Origin: Methylococcaceae bacterium
Lineage (GTDB): Bacteria; Pseudomonadota; Gammaproteobacteria; Methylococcales; Methylomonadaceae
Assembly (NCBI GenBank): GCA_030627265.1
Contig: DAOUSK010000001.1
Span: 1 to 59,474 of the forward strand
Length of the DNA stretch: 59,474 bases
Reading direction: 5' to 3'
Part shown: in pieces, positions 9,936-19,701 of the stretch
Numbering within the stretch: position 1 is the first letter of the stretch
Layout of the letters: each line of letters starts with the position of its first letter
Made by a program: the position numbers and the translations under genes
Notes under the pieces: generated by a model
Told to the model about the DNA's origin: nothing
The model's input: the letters and a program-made list of their open reading frames with translations, nothing else
Databases searched by the model: none

Positions 9936-10442
9936 ATGACTAAATTTTATTTATTATTTCTGATGGCTGCTCTTTCTAATACAGCTTTTGCAACACAATA
10001 CCAAAGCCCCGAAGATTTTATTGCAGAAGCCTTCCCCAACCAAGTCCCTGCCCCTCAATCCTTTTGGATTACCCCTACACTAAAAAAAACAGTGGCGACT
10101 ATTCTGCAACATAAACCTGGTTTTATGCGTACTCGTTATTGGCAGGTGGCAGACAAAACGGTTTGGATACTCCATGAAATTGGCAAGACTCAGCTGATTA
10201 CTGTGGGCATTGTTATTCAAGATAATAAAATTCAGACCTTAAAGGTTTTAGAATTTAAAGAAAGCCGAGGCTGGGAAGTCAAACACAGTTTTTTTACCGA
10301 TCAATTTAAATCGCTTGGGCTTAAAGCTGATAATTCCCTTAGCCAAACTATTGATGGCATTTCAGGTGCGACCTTATCCGTGCGTGCGTTAAAAAAGACT
10401 GCTATGCTGGCATTATTTTTTAACCAGCAGCTCAATCAATGA
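9936..10442 (+). CDS. Exported FMN-binding domain protein
   Basis: Signal peptide, ESRGWEV, and DGISGAT flavinylation motif. Confidence 0.85.
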   Translation: MTKFYLLFLMAALSNTAFATQYQSPEDFIAEAFPNQVPAPQSFWITPTLKKTVATILQHKPGFMRTRYWQVADKTVWILHEIGKTQLITVGIVIQDNKIQTLKVLEFKESRGWEVKHSFFTDQFKSLGLKADNSLSQTIDGISGATLSVRALKKTAMLALFFNQQLNQ

Positions 10443-11194
10443 AACAATTAAAACGTTCTTTTTCTAAACTCTTATATAAAGGACACCGTCATATAGGCTT
10501 TGCTGTTAGCCTAATAACTATCATGTTATCTATTACCGGCATCGCTCTCAACCATACAAGCGAACTAAAGCTGGATCAGCACTTTATCAAATCACCCGTG
10601 ATTTTAGACTGGTATGGCATTGCCAGCTCGACACATACAAAAAGCTTTCCCCTACAAAAACATTGGTTAACACAATTAGAACAAAACATTTACCTAGATA
10701 ATAAAGCTATTTTCACCTCAACTGAACCATTAATTGGCGCAATTATTACTGCTGATTTTATTGTCGCAGCCTTCCGTCACCGTCTTGTTTTATTGACCAT
10801 TGAAGGCGACTTAATTGAGTCGATAGCGAAACCAGGTTTAGAAAAAATTGGCCACCAAAATGCGCTTATTTTCATACAAGCACAACAAAGAATTTATAGC
10901 AGTAAAGATCAATTACTTTCTTGGCAAGAAAGTAAGTTTCAACCACAGCATTGGTCAAGTAAAAGCCCTTTACCTACAGCTATTTCTGAAGAATTAAAAC
11001 AAGACTCGCGTGAACAGATTTTAGACCTTGAACGCGTTATTTTAGATATACACAGCGGCCGGTTTTTTGGCCAATACGGTGTTTATTTGATCGATTTATC
11101 AGGGGTATTATTAATATTTCTTGCTATCAGTGGCATTTGGTTCTGGCTACGAGGTTATGCAAAACGTCACTTAAAAAACATCAATAAGCAATAA
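10439..11194 (+). CDS. PepSY-associated TM helix membrane protein
   Basis: HRHIG, SITGIALNH, DIHSGRFFG, ISGIWFW motifs. 4-bp ATGA overlap with the upstream gene. Confidence 0.85.
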   Translation: MKQLKRSFSKLLYKGHRHIGFAVSLITIMLSITGIALNHTSELKLDQHFIKSPVILDWYGIASSTHTKSFPLQKHWLTQLEQNIYLDNKAIFTSTEPLIGAIITADFIVAAFRHRLVLLTIEGDLIESIAKPGLEKIGHQNALIFIQAQQRIYSSKDQLLSWQESKFQPQHWSSKSPLPTAISEELKQDSREQILDLERVILDIHSGRFFGQYGVYLIDLSGVLLIFLAISGIWFWLRGYAKRHLKNINKQ

Positions 11195-11256
11195 AGGAAA
11201 AACGTGTAAGCACATACACATTTTTGTAAAATTGGGCAGGGGATTCATCAGTGACT

Positions 11257-11310
11257 GGTACGCAGGTCTTTAGCCTGCACTCATGAAAGCAGGCTAAAGA
11301 CCTGCGTACC
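11257..11310. repeat. Perfect 22-bp inverted repeat GGTACGCAGGTCTTTAGCCTGC (CTTTAG-loop REP-like doublet)
   Basis: Arms 11257-11278 and 11289-11310, between convergent genes. Confidence 0.85.
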
Positions 11311-11380
11311 GACTGCCTGCTGATGCAGAGTTTTGGCTTATTATATGATGAAAAAGATGTTTAGATACCTATGCGTAAAA

Positions 11381-11417
11381 TGATGGGTTTCGCAAAAAGA
11401 CGCTCTACCCATCCTAC
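11381..11417. repeat. Family A REP, short arm only
   Basis: TGATGGGTTTCGCAAAAAGACGCTCTACCCATCCTAC. Confidence 0.85.
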
Positions 11418-11428
11418 GAAAAATCTAT

Positions 11429-12007
11429 TTAACTCAATACTTCAGAGCTTTCTTTTTCTTTATTCAACATATTAAATGTTTTAGTCGCCGCTAAAATAGC
11501 GCAGCTATAAATTAATGTAGAGCTAACATAAGCAGGATAGTATTTTGCAACGCGCTCAGCATATTCTATTAATGATAAATCAGGAAATTTACCTGAAAAT
11601 ACATAAAAACCACCATTAGAAATAAAGAAAGCAATGGTTGCTGATACCACTAATAAAGCAAACTGAATACTGACATCAGTTACTTTAAAACTCGTGTATT
11701 TTTTGCTCCAATGCCCCGCTATAAAAGTAGCAGCATAAGTAGGAATTAAAAATACATAAGCAGGTGAAATACAGTAATCACTTACATTCCAGTGCGTAAT
11801 TGCAACATAATCTAATAAAGCCGCTTCTGCTAACAATACAACAAAACTCATTATTCCACCGGTAAAAATACCCGCTAAATAGAAGACTGCTAATGTTGCA
11901 TCAGGTAGGCTAAGCGCACTACCAAAATGATCTGAGCGCGTGACCGCCATCAGTAATGCTAATGCACTCAGTGCTATATATTTTTTATTTTGTTGTATTT
12001 GATCCAT
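11429..12007 (-). CDS. btuM: BtuM-type cobalamin transporter (solitary S-component fold)
   Basis: TRSDHF, LPDA, DYVAI, SDYCISPAY (Cys at the cobalt-ligand position, from recall of BtuM). Six hydrophobic segments; directly follows btuB. Confidence 0.85.
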   Translation of the reverse strand: MDQIQQNKKYIALSALALLMAVTRSDHFGSALSLPDATLAVFYLAGIFTGGIMSFVVLLAEAALLDYVAITHWNVSDYCISPAYVFLIPTYAATFIAGHWSKKYTSFKVTDVSIQFALLVVSATIAFFISNGGFYVFSGKFPDLSLIEYAERVAKYYPAYVSSTLIYSCAILAATKTFNMLNKEKESSEVLS

Positions 12008-12016
12008 AAAAACCTC

Positions 12017-13870
12017 TTAAAGTTGTGGTGCATATTTAAAATTGACAAAAACAGTAACGCCTGCCGAATTATACCCCGAAGCCGTTTGATACTGAGTATT
12101 TAAAATATTATCAACCGAACCTTGTAAAGTAAACTGCTCTAACAGTTGGTATTCAGCTCGCAAATCCCAAGTAACAAACGCAGAAATTTCACGCGTATTT
12201 GCTAGATCATCAAAGCGCCGGCCTTCAAAATTAACTGTGGTTCCAATACTTGCATCACCAATCTGTCTATCCACATCAATACGGAAAAGCTGTTGTGCTC
12301 GTCGTGCTAAAACATGACCATCTGTCGCGGCATCTTTACTTTTTGGATCTAGCGCATTGTAATTAAGCTGAACATCAAATTCATAAATGCGCCCCCCAAC
12401 CATAGCTTCTATGCCCATAATTTGTGCTTTGCTTAAGTTGTTTGGCAAGAAAATACTGCTGTCATAAGCAATCATATTATCAATGTTCGTTAAATAACCA
12501 TTTAATGACCAATTCCATTTATCATGATCACCCTTAACACCAATCTCATAACTTTCTGATTTTTCAGGGTTTAGCTGACTATTACCAAACCCTGGGTAAT
12601 ATAGCTCATTAAAGGTAGGCGTTTTAAAGCCTGTGCCATAAGAAGCTGAAACTAAAATGCCATTATTAAAGTCATAACCCCAAGAAGCATTCCAAGTACT
12701 ATTTTGCCCAAATTGCTCATTATGATCACTACGATAAGCGACTTGAACTTGGTTTTGCAAAAACTCCCCTTGGTATTGAATAAAAACAGCATGGTTATTA
12801 CGCGAGGTTTCTGCATAAGTATTTGAGCTTTCAATAGAGTCATCTAAAAAGTCATAGCCTAATGAAAATACATGCTCTGGTGTCAGCGTAAAATTATTTA
12901 ATGCTGAAAATGAAACTCTTTGAGTATCAAAGACACCTTGCTTAAGTCCATTCAGAAAATTAGTGGATTTATCTTGGCTTGCTCCTGCCGATAAATCAAT
13001 TTTCCAAAAATCTAAAGCCTGAATAACGGCTTTCCCACCATAAATCAGCTGAGTATAATCGGCTTCATTTTGAAAACTGCCATCATATTCCGTTGAACCA
13101 CCACTATATAGTGTATGCCCTTCCAGACTTAACCAATCTGTCAGCTGGTAGCCTAACCTAAAAGATGCCGCATGGCTTTCATAGCCGTCTCTATCTGGCT
13201 CATCGGTAAAACAGCCGTAACTCAATGCGCCTGCGCATGAATTAAAACCTTCTGTTTGTTCATGACTTGCATTAAGGTTATACCAAGCCTTACCTACTTT
13301 TCCTGAAACGCCGCCTTGCACTTTATAGTGTCCATAGCTTCCACCACCGACAGAAAAGGTAGGGCTAATTTTTGCTTTAGCATTCGATGCATTACGTGTG
13401 TGAATATGAATCACCCCACCAATCGCATCAGCACCATATAAACTAGATTTGGGACCACGCACCACTTCAATTGAATCAATTTCACTAACGGGTATATGTT
13501 GCCAAGCAGCCGCGCCTGATGTTGCAGAACCAGCACGAACACCATCAATCAGTACTAAAATATGATCTGATTCTGTTCCACGTAAATAAATTGAAGTCTG
13601 TTTACCCACGCCACCATTATTCGATATATTAATCCCTGCGACACCTCGTAAAGCACCTTCAATCGTACGAATTTGTTTACGTTCAATATCTTGACGACTA
13701 ATCACCGTCGTAGAACTCGTGGATTTATGCTCACTACGCGTTGCTGTCACCGTGACAGGTGCAAGTATTAAGGTCTTTTCAGGAGTGTTCTCTTTAGTAG
13801 CCTCTTCAGAAAATGAAGTGCTTGGAAGTAAACTAAGTAATAAAGGGCTGACAATAAAAATTTTATTCAT
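12017..13870 (-). CDS. btuB: TonB-dependent cobalamin receptor
   Basis: VTVTATR TonB-box region, LRGTESDHILVLIDG, RGPKSSLYGADAIGGVI plug. Start reassigned to ATG 13870 (AGAGGA SD, signal peptide). Riboswitch upstream. Confidence 0.92.
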   Translation of the reverse strand: MNKIFIVSPLLLSLLPSTSFSEEATKENTPEKTLILAPVTVTATRSEHKSTSSTTVISRQDIERKQIRTIEGALRGVAGINISNNGGVGKQTSIYLRGTESDHILVLIDGVRAGSATSGAAAWQHIPVSEIDSIEVVRGPKSSLYGADAIGGVIHIHTRNASNAKAKISPTFSVGGGSYGHYKVQGGVSGKVGKAWYNLNASHEQTEGFNSCAGALSYGCFTDEPDRDGYESHAASFRLGYQLTDWLSLEGHTLYSGGSTEYDGSFQNEADYTQLIYGGKAVIQALDFWKIDLSAGASQDKSTNFLNGLKQGVFDTQRVSFSALNNFTLTPEHVFSLGYDFLDDSIESSNTYAETSRNNHAVFIQYQGEFLQNQVQVAYRSDHNEQFGQNSTWNASWGYDFNNGILVSASYGTGFKTPTFNELYYPGFGNSQLNPEKSESYEIGVKGDHDKWNWSLNGYLTNIDNMIAYDSSIFLPNNLSKAQIMGIEAMVGGRIYEFDVQLNYNALDPKSKDAATDGHVLARRAQQLFRIDVDRQIGDASIGTTVNFEGRRFDDLANTREISAFVTWDLRAEYQLLEQFTLQGSVDNILNTQYQTASGYNSAGVTVFVNFKYAPQL

Positions 13871-13990
13871 AATATCCTCTGCGCCGCCCGCGCAAAAAGT
13901 GTAAAAAAACACAACCGAGGAAATACAAATGAATAAACAGCAAAAAGCTAAATTTATTTCATCTACAGCCCTCCGCTGCAGCAAATAACA

Positions 13991-14180
13991 ATTTTCAGGC
14001 AGGTCTCCGGGCTTATAAGTACAAATAATAAACTATCACCTTCCCATGCTAAGCACAGTGGTTGTCGATAATTCTTAAAACTTATTTACCGTTGCGGGGG
14101 CAGCGTTGGCATTGGAAAAATCCGCACCAAACTTCCCTTTTAACCCTTCAGGACTGACTATCCTTCTGGGACCAGAAAAT
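13991..14180 (-). ncRNA. Cobalamin riboswitch
   Basis: Minus strand reads GGT...TTAAAAGGGAAGTTTGGTG...AATGCCAACGCTGCCCCCGCAACGGTAA...CCACTG...GGGAAGGT...AAGCCCGGAGACCTGCC (B12 box). Confidence 0.95.
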
Positions 14181-14276
14181 GGAAGGTTGATTCTACGTAA
14201 AAAAGAAACTAATGCAATACTTAAAAAAAAGGGGGATTTTAAGACTGAGATATAACGTTAACGTTTTACATGGGAT

Positions 14277-14331
14277 TGATGGATTTCACTGTACAGCTAA
14301 AAAAACAGCTGCACCACTCTACTCATCCTAC
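14277..14331. repeat. Family A REP, long arm, reverse orientation
   Basis: Reverse complement GTAGGATGAGTAGAG...CAGCT-loop-AGCTG...GTGAAATCCATCA. Confidence 0.7.
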
Positions 14332-14361
14332 AAAAAGAGTATTTATTTGACTTGCTATCAC

Positions 14362-15303
14362 TCAAATTTGTGCGGCTAAATAATCGCAGGCTTGCTCAAT
14401 AACATCGACTTCTTCGGTATAAAACCACTGCGCATCCACTTCTTTACGCAGCCATGTAAATTGACGTTTTGCTAATTGGCGGGTTGCAGCGGTGCCTTGT
14501 TCTTGCATCTCGGCATAACTAATATTACCTGCTAAATATTCCCATACTTGTCGATAGCCCACTGCACGAATAGCGGGGAGATTGGTATTTAAATCTTCTC
14601 TTTGGTATAAGGATTGCACCTCATCAATTAGGCCATTTTCTAACATTTGTGCAAATCGTAAGGCAATTTTCTGGTGCAATATTGCTCTATCTCGTGGCGC
14701 TATGACTAATTTAATTTTTTGATAAGGGATAGGCGTTGCGTTAGCGTCGGCATGGTGTTGGGTCATTGATTTGCCCGTCAGCTGATAAATTTCTAGCGCT
14801 CGCTGAACACGCTGCGGATCATTGGGATGAATACGCGCCGCAGCAACAGGGTCTATTTGTTTTAACTGCCCATGCATTGCCTGTTTACCAATCCGCAACG
14901 CCTCTTCATCTAACTGTTTTCGTAAAGCAGCATTAGCGCTCGGCAGTTCAGCCAGCCCGTGATACAAAGCATTAAAATATAGCATCGTCCCGCCCACTAA
15001 TAAGGGGATTTTTCCACGCTTGGTAATATCAGACATTAATGCCAGTGCTTGCTTTCTGAATTCACCGGTAGAGTAACTATCAGCCGGATCTAAAATATCA
15101 ATTAAATGATGAGCAATACCCGCCCTTTCTTCTAAACCCGGTTTTGCTGTGCCTATATCCATACCCTTAAAAACCAGAGCTGAATCAACACTAATAATTT
15201 CACCATTAAATTTTTTGGCGAGTTCAATGGATAAAGCAGTTTTTCCTGAGGCAGTCGGCCCCATTAAAAAAATGGCGGGGGGAAAAGTTTCTTGGGCATT
15301 CAT
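14362..15303 (-). CDS. miaA: tRNA dimethylallyltransferase
   Basis: GPTASGKT, DSALVFKGMDIGTAKP, TRQLAKRQFTW. Confidence 0.97.
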   Translation of the reverse strand: MNAQETFPPAIFLMGPTASGKTALSIELAKKFNGEIISVDSALVFKGMDIGTAKPGLEERAGIAHHLIDILDPADSYSTGEFRKQALALMSDITKRGKIPLLVGGTMLYFNALYHGLAELPSANAALRKQLDEEALRIGKQAMHGQLKQIDPVAAARIHPNDPQRVQRALEIYQLTGKSMTQHHADANATPIPYQKIKLVIAPRDRAILHQKIALRFAQMLENGLIDEVQSLYQREDLNTNLPAIRAVGYRQVWEYLAGNISYAEMQEQGTAATRQLAKRQFTWLRKEVDAQWFYTEEVDVIEQACDYLAAQI

Positions 15304-15308
15304 ATAAC

Positions 15309-17141
15309 TTACTGTCCTCTTAAAAAAAGCGCATCTAGCTCTTTTTTACTTAACTCTACCCATGTCGGCCGCCCATGATTACATTGCCCGCTACGCTCTG
15401 TTTTTTCCATATCGCGTAATAAAGTATTCATTTCTGGTACTGTTAAATGACGATTAGCACGCACTGAGCCATGACATGCAATGGTTGCTAAAATCTCATT
15501 ACTTTGCTCTTGCACCCGCGCACTCATACCGTGCTCGATAATATCCGCTAAAACATCTTTAATGAGCCCAGCAACATCAATACCCGATAACAAAACAGGG
15601 CTGGAGCGCACGACTAAGGTTTCTTCCCCCATACGATTTAATTCAAAACCCAGTGCCATAAAAAATGCTTGTTGGTCATCAGCTAAATCAGCTTCGGCAC
15701 TGTTAACTTGCACTTGAATAGGCAATAGCAATGGCTGTGATGGCACATTGCCTTGGTGGTATTGCAGCTTAAAGCGCTCATAGGTAATGCGTTCATGTGC
15801 CGCATGCGCATCCACTAAAATAATGCCATTTTCAGTTTCTGAAAGTATATAAACACTGTGTAAATGTGCAATCGCATAGCCTAAAGGCGGTGCCAGTTCT
15901 GCTTTAGGTAATTCAACAAAGGACTGCTGTGCTGGCTCTTGTATAGCTACTGATTTTTCCGGCGCAACCAATTTAGTATAGGCTTCAATCTGTGCATCAA
16001 CATTTAACGGCAATGCTGATTGGGTCGGCGCTGCTTTGGGCTGATACGGTTGCGGTATTCTTTCTGGGCGTTCTGTTGCAGGTAAAGGCGTGAATTCAAC
16101 TACATTTGCGACATTATCGGGTTCTTTTTCTGCTGCCTTCGGTCTAACATCCGCTAAAGAACGGTGCAGTGCTTTAAATAAGAAATCATGTACGGTACGC
16201 CCTTCTCTAAAGCGGACTTCTAATTTTTGTGGATGTGCATTAACATCAACATAACTAGGGTCAAGTTCTAAATATAAAACGTAAACAGGGTGACGGCCAC
16301 TAAATAAAACATCTTGGTAAGCTTGTTTAATCGCATGAGTGACTAAGCGGTCTTTAATCAAACGTCCATTGACATAGAAATACTGCATATCTTGTTGGCT
16401 ACGCGAAAACGTCGGCAGCGCAACCCAGCCATGCAAGCGCATACCCGATGCTGCAAAATCTAAAGCAATGGCATTATCTAAAAAGGCAGCACCAAATATT
16501 TTAGCCACCCGTTGCGCTTGTTCAGTTTCGCTTACTGCCGCTTTAAAATTAAAGATTTCGCGTTGATTATTTTTCAACTCAAATCCAATATCAAAACGGC
16601 TTAATGCCATGCGTTTAAATAAGGTTTCTATATGTGAGAATTCAGTTTTATCACTTTTTAAAAATTTACGTCGTGCCGGTGTGTTATAAAACAAATCACA
16701 CACTTCTATAGTCGTTCCTAATGGATGCGGATCGGGCTGTGGGTCTAAGTCTTCTTCTGTGCCATCCGCCTGAACGCGCCAAGCACATTGGCTATTTTCT
16801 ACACGCGAAATAAGGCTTAAACGGGAGACAGAACTAATGCTCGGCAACGCTTCGCCTCTAAAACCCATAGTCATCACTTTTTCTAAGTCTTGCAGCGATT
16901 GAATCTTACTGGTTGCATGACGCGCTAAAGCTAAAGGTAAATCCTCTTTTTCTATGCCACAGCCGTTATCGCGTATTCTAATTAAACCAGCACCGCCTTT
17001 TTCAATCTCAACACTCACCTGTGTGGCACCTGCATCAAAACAATTTTCAACCAACTCTTTAACTACCGAAGCAGGTCTTTCTACCACTTCCCCTGCGGCA
17101 ATTTGATTAACGAGTTGAGCGGGTAAAGAATGAATTCGCAT
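15309..17141 (-). CDS. mutL: DNA mismatch repair protein MutL with endonuclease motif
   Basis: NQIAAGEVVERP, GFRGEAL, DAHAAHERITYE, CNHGRPT. Confidence 0.97.
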   Translation of the reverse strand: MRIHSLPAQLVNQIAAGEVVERPASVVKELVENCFDAGATQVSVEIEKGGAGLIRIRDNGCGIEKEDLPLALARHATSKIQSLQDLEKVMTMGFRGEALPSISSVSRLSLISRVENSQCAWRVQADGTEEDLDPQPDPHPLGTTIEVCDLFYNTPARRKFLKSDKTEFSHIETLFKRMALSRFDIGFELKNNQREIFNFKAAVSETEQAQRVAKIFGAAFLDNAIALDFAASGMRLHGWVALPTFSRSQQDMQYFYVNGRLIKDRLVTHAIKQAYQDVLFSGRHPVYVLYLELDPSYVDVNAHPQKLEVRFREGRTVHDFLFKALHRSLADVRPKAAEKEPDNVANVVEFTPLPATERPERIPQPYQPKAAPTQSALPLNVDAQIEAYTKLVAPEKSVAIQEPAQQSFVELPKAELAPPLGYAIAHLHSVYILSETENGIILVDAHAAHERITYERFKLQYHQGNVPSQPLLLPIQVQVNSAEADLADDQQAFFMALGFELNRMGEETLVVRSSPVLLSGIDVAGLIKDVLADIIEHGMSARVQEQSNEILATIACHGSVRANRHLTVPEMNTLLRDMEKTERSGQCNHGRPTWVELSKKELDALFLRGQ

Positions 17142-17152
17142 GGTTTTCGTGC

Positions 17153-18061
17153 CTACTGATTAATTAAATCTAAAAATAACTGTTCTAAGCGATTGGACTT
17201 ATTTTTTAAGCTCAATACTTCTATCCCTACTTCCGATAGTCCTTTAAACAAAGCATTTAAGCCATCACTTTTTGAAACTGAAACAGAGAATTGATAATCA
17301 TTATCGCGTTCTATTTTATAGCCTGAAATAACAGGTACTGTTTGTAATACCTCTTTTGTATCACAAATATAATGCGCTTCATCTAAGCGCGCTAATAAGC
17401 TTTGCATGTCGGTATTTTCTACAATTTCACCCTGATTAATAATGGCAATATTGCGGCATAAGGTTTCTGCTTCTTCTAAATAGTGTGTGGTCAAAATAAT
17501 GGTCGTGCCCTGTTTATTGACTTCTTCTAGGGTTTCCCACATTGAACGCCTAATTTCAATATCCACGCCAGCGGTTGGCTCATCTAAAATCAATAGTCGC
17601 GGTTTATGAACCATCGCGCGGGCAATCATAACGCGGCGCTTCATCCCGCCTGATAAGCGCCTAGAAACGGTATCTTTTTTGTCCCATAACTGCATGAGCC
17701 TTAAGCAATATTCGGTTTGCTTTAACGCTTCTTTTTTGGGCATTCCATAATAACCTGCTTGATTCATAACGATATTGAAAACCGTTTCAAACTGATTAAA
17801 ATTAATTTCTTGGGGAACTAAGCCGATATAGCTTTTTGCTAATTGCGTTTCGCGCTGTAAATCTGCACCAAAAATCTTAATCTCACCACTGCTAGCATTA
17901 ATTAAAGAGCTAATAATACCAATTGTAGTCGATTTACCCGCGCCATTAGGACCTAATAATGCAAAAAAATCACCCTCTTCAACCTCTAAATCAATCCCCT
18001 TCACTGCCGTCAAACCACTTGCATAGGTTTTCTTTAATTGTCGAATTGATAATGCTTTCAT
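17153..18061 (-). CDS. ABC-2 type ATP-binding protein (YadG-like)
   Basis: GPNGAGKST, LSGGMKRR, ILDEPTAGVD, NRLEQLF. Confidence 0.9.
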   Translation of the reverse strand: MKALSIRQLKKTYASGLTAVKGIDLEVEEGDFFALLGPNGAGKSTTIGIISSLINASSGEIKIFGADLQRETQLAKSYIGLVPQEINFNQFETVFNIVMNQAGYYGMPKKEALKQTEYCLRLMQLWDKKDTVSRRLSGGMKRRVMIARAMVHKPRLLILDEPTAGVDIEIRRSMWETLEEVNKQGTTIILTTHYLEEAETLCRNIAIINQGEIVENTDMQSLLARLDEAHYICDTKEVLQTVPVISGYKIERDNDYQFSVSVSKSDGLNALFKGLSEVGIEVLSLKNKSNRLEQLFLDLINQ

Positions 18062-18146
18062 TTCCGTTACTTAGCCTTTATAAAGTCAGGTTTAGTTCAC
18101 TATTTTACATGCAAAAAAAGCAAACAGACTTAACGTTGCAGTAGAA

Positions 18147-19697
18147 ATGCGTTACATTAAGAAAAAGATTACAACTATAGCAGATAAGCCTTTGACAAAC
18201 ATCACCGAACCAGCACCAGAACTAATTGCCGCTATTGACCTTGGCTCTAATAGTTTTCATATGATTATTTGTAGTGTCACTGATGGGCAATTAAAAACAA
18301 TTGACCGCATCAAAGAAATGGTCAGGCTTGCTTCTGGCCTAAATGAGAGAAACATTCTCGATGAAGCTACCCAAGAACGAGCGCTCGCTTGTTTAAAACG
18401 ATTTGGTCAGCGTATTCAAGGCTTTCCTGAAAACAATGTGCATATTGTGGGTACCAACACCTTACGTACCGCTAAAAATGCAGCTCATTTTTTACACCAT
18501 GCAGAAAATGCACTCGGCTACCCGATTCATATTATTTCAGGTATCGAAGAAGCGCGGTTAATTTACCAAGGCGTTGCACATAGCTTACAAAGCAATGCAC
18601 AGCGTCGTTTAGTGATGGATATTGGTGGCGGTAGTACCGAGTATATTATTGGTACTAATGACAGCATTGCAAAAAAAGAAAGTTTACGCATGGGCTGTGT
18701 GACGGTTAGCAATCAATTTTTTGCCGATGGATCGATTAATCAACAAAAATTACAATCGGCGCTATTATTTGTAAACCATCGATTACGTGGTGATAAAAAA
18801 CAATTTACTAGCAAACATTGGGATGAAGCCATTGGCGCATCAGGCAGTATTCGTGCTATTCGTAAAGTCTTAGTTGCCCAGCAATGGACGCCGGGCGGCA
18901 TCAGCCTAGAGGGTTTAGAGCAGCTAAAAAGTCATATCTTAAACTGCCAGCATATTTCAGAATTAAAATTAGAGGGTTTAGACCCAGACCGCCTACCTGT
19001 TTTTATCGGCGGCTTTGTCATTCTGTATGCGACCTTTATCAGTTTGGGTATTGAAACGATGAGCGTCTCGGATGGTGCTTTACGTGAAGGGCTTATTTAT
19101 GATCACTTAGGACGTTTATCAAATCATGATGTTCGCTCCCAAACCGTGACTACCCTCGCCAAACATTACAATACAGACACCAATCAAGCTGAACTTATCC
19201 AAAGTACCATTAGCAACTTATTTGACCAAGTAAAGCCTTTTCTGGGAGCGCAATCAAAAAGCATGCTGCAGAAACTTTTGTGGGCTGCTGAACTCCATGA
19301 AATTGGTCGTAATATTGCACACAGCCAATACCATAAACACGGTGCTTATATTATTAAACATGGTGATTTATCAGGCTTTTCACAACAAAATCAAAACCTC
19401 TTATCCCTTTTAGTCTTATCTCACCGCAAAAAAATCCCGTTAAAAAAGATTGCCGAGTTACCCCCTCCCTGGAATAAGTCCTCTTTCTATATGGTAATTA
19501 TTTTTCGTTTAGCCGTTTTATTACAAAGAAATCGTAATTACAGCGCCTTGCCTGACTTTAAAATCAGCTTATCTAAAAAACGCATGCAATTAACCTTTCT
19601 CGATAATTGGCTGGCTGATGCACCACTCACCCATGCTGATTTACAACAAGAACAGGCCTATTTAAAAAAAGCTAATTTTACTTTAGACATTAGTTAA
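18147..19697 (+). CDS. ppx: Exopolyphosphatase, Ppx/GppA family (start may be TTG at 18192)
   Basis: AAIDLGSNSFH, GIEEARLIY, DIGGGSTE, GALREG, HD-like LHEIG. Confidence 0.92.
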   Translation: MRYIKKKITTIADKPLTNITEPAPELIAAIDLGSNSFHMIICSVTDGQLKTIDRIKEMVRLASGLNERNILDEATQERALACLKRFGQRIQGFPENNVHIVGTNTLRTAKNAAHFLHHAENALGYPIHIISGIEEARLIYQGVAHSLQSNAQRRLVMDIGGGSTEYIIGTNDSIAKKESLRMGCVTVSNQFFADGSINQQKLQSALLFVNHRLRGDKKQFTSKHWDEAIGASGSIRAIRKVLVAQQWTPGGISLEGLEQLKSHILNCQHISELKLEGLDPDRLPVFIGGFVILYATFISLGIETMSVSDGALREGLIYDHLGRLSNHDVRSQTVTTLAKHYNTDTNQAELIQSTISNLFDQVKPFLGAQSKSMLQKLLWAAELHEIGRNIAHSQYHKHGAYIIKHGDLSGFSQQNQNLLSLLVLSHRKKIPLKKIAELPPPWNKSSFYMVIIFRLAVLLQRNRNYSALPDFKISLSKKRMQLTFLDNWLADAPLTHADLQQEQAYLKKANFTLDIS

Positions 19698-19701
19698 AGA
19701 C

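Noticed and set aside
13871-13984. 38-aa N-terminal extension of BtuB in the ORF track
   Set aside because: It lies in the riboswitch leader. The SD and signal peptide point to ATG 13870.
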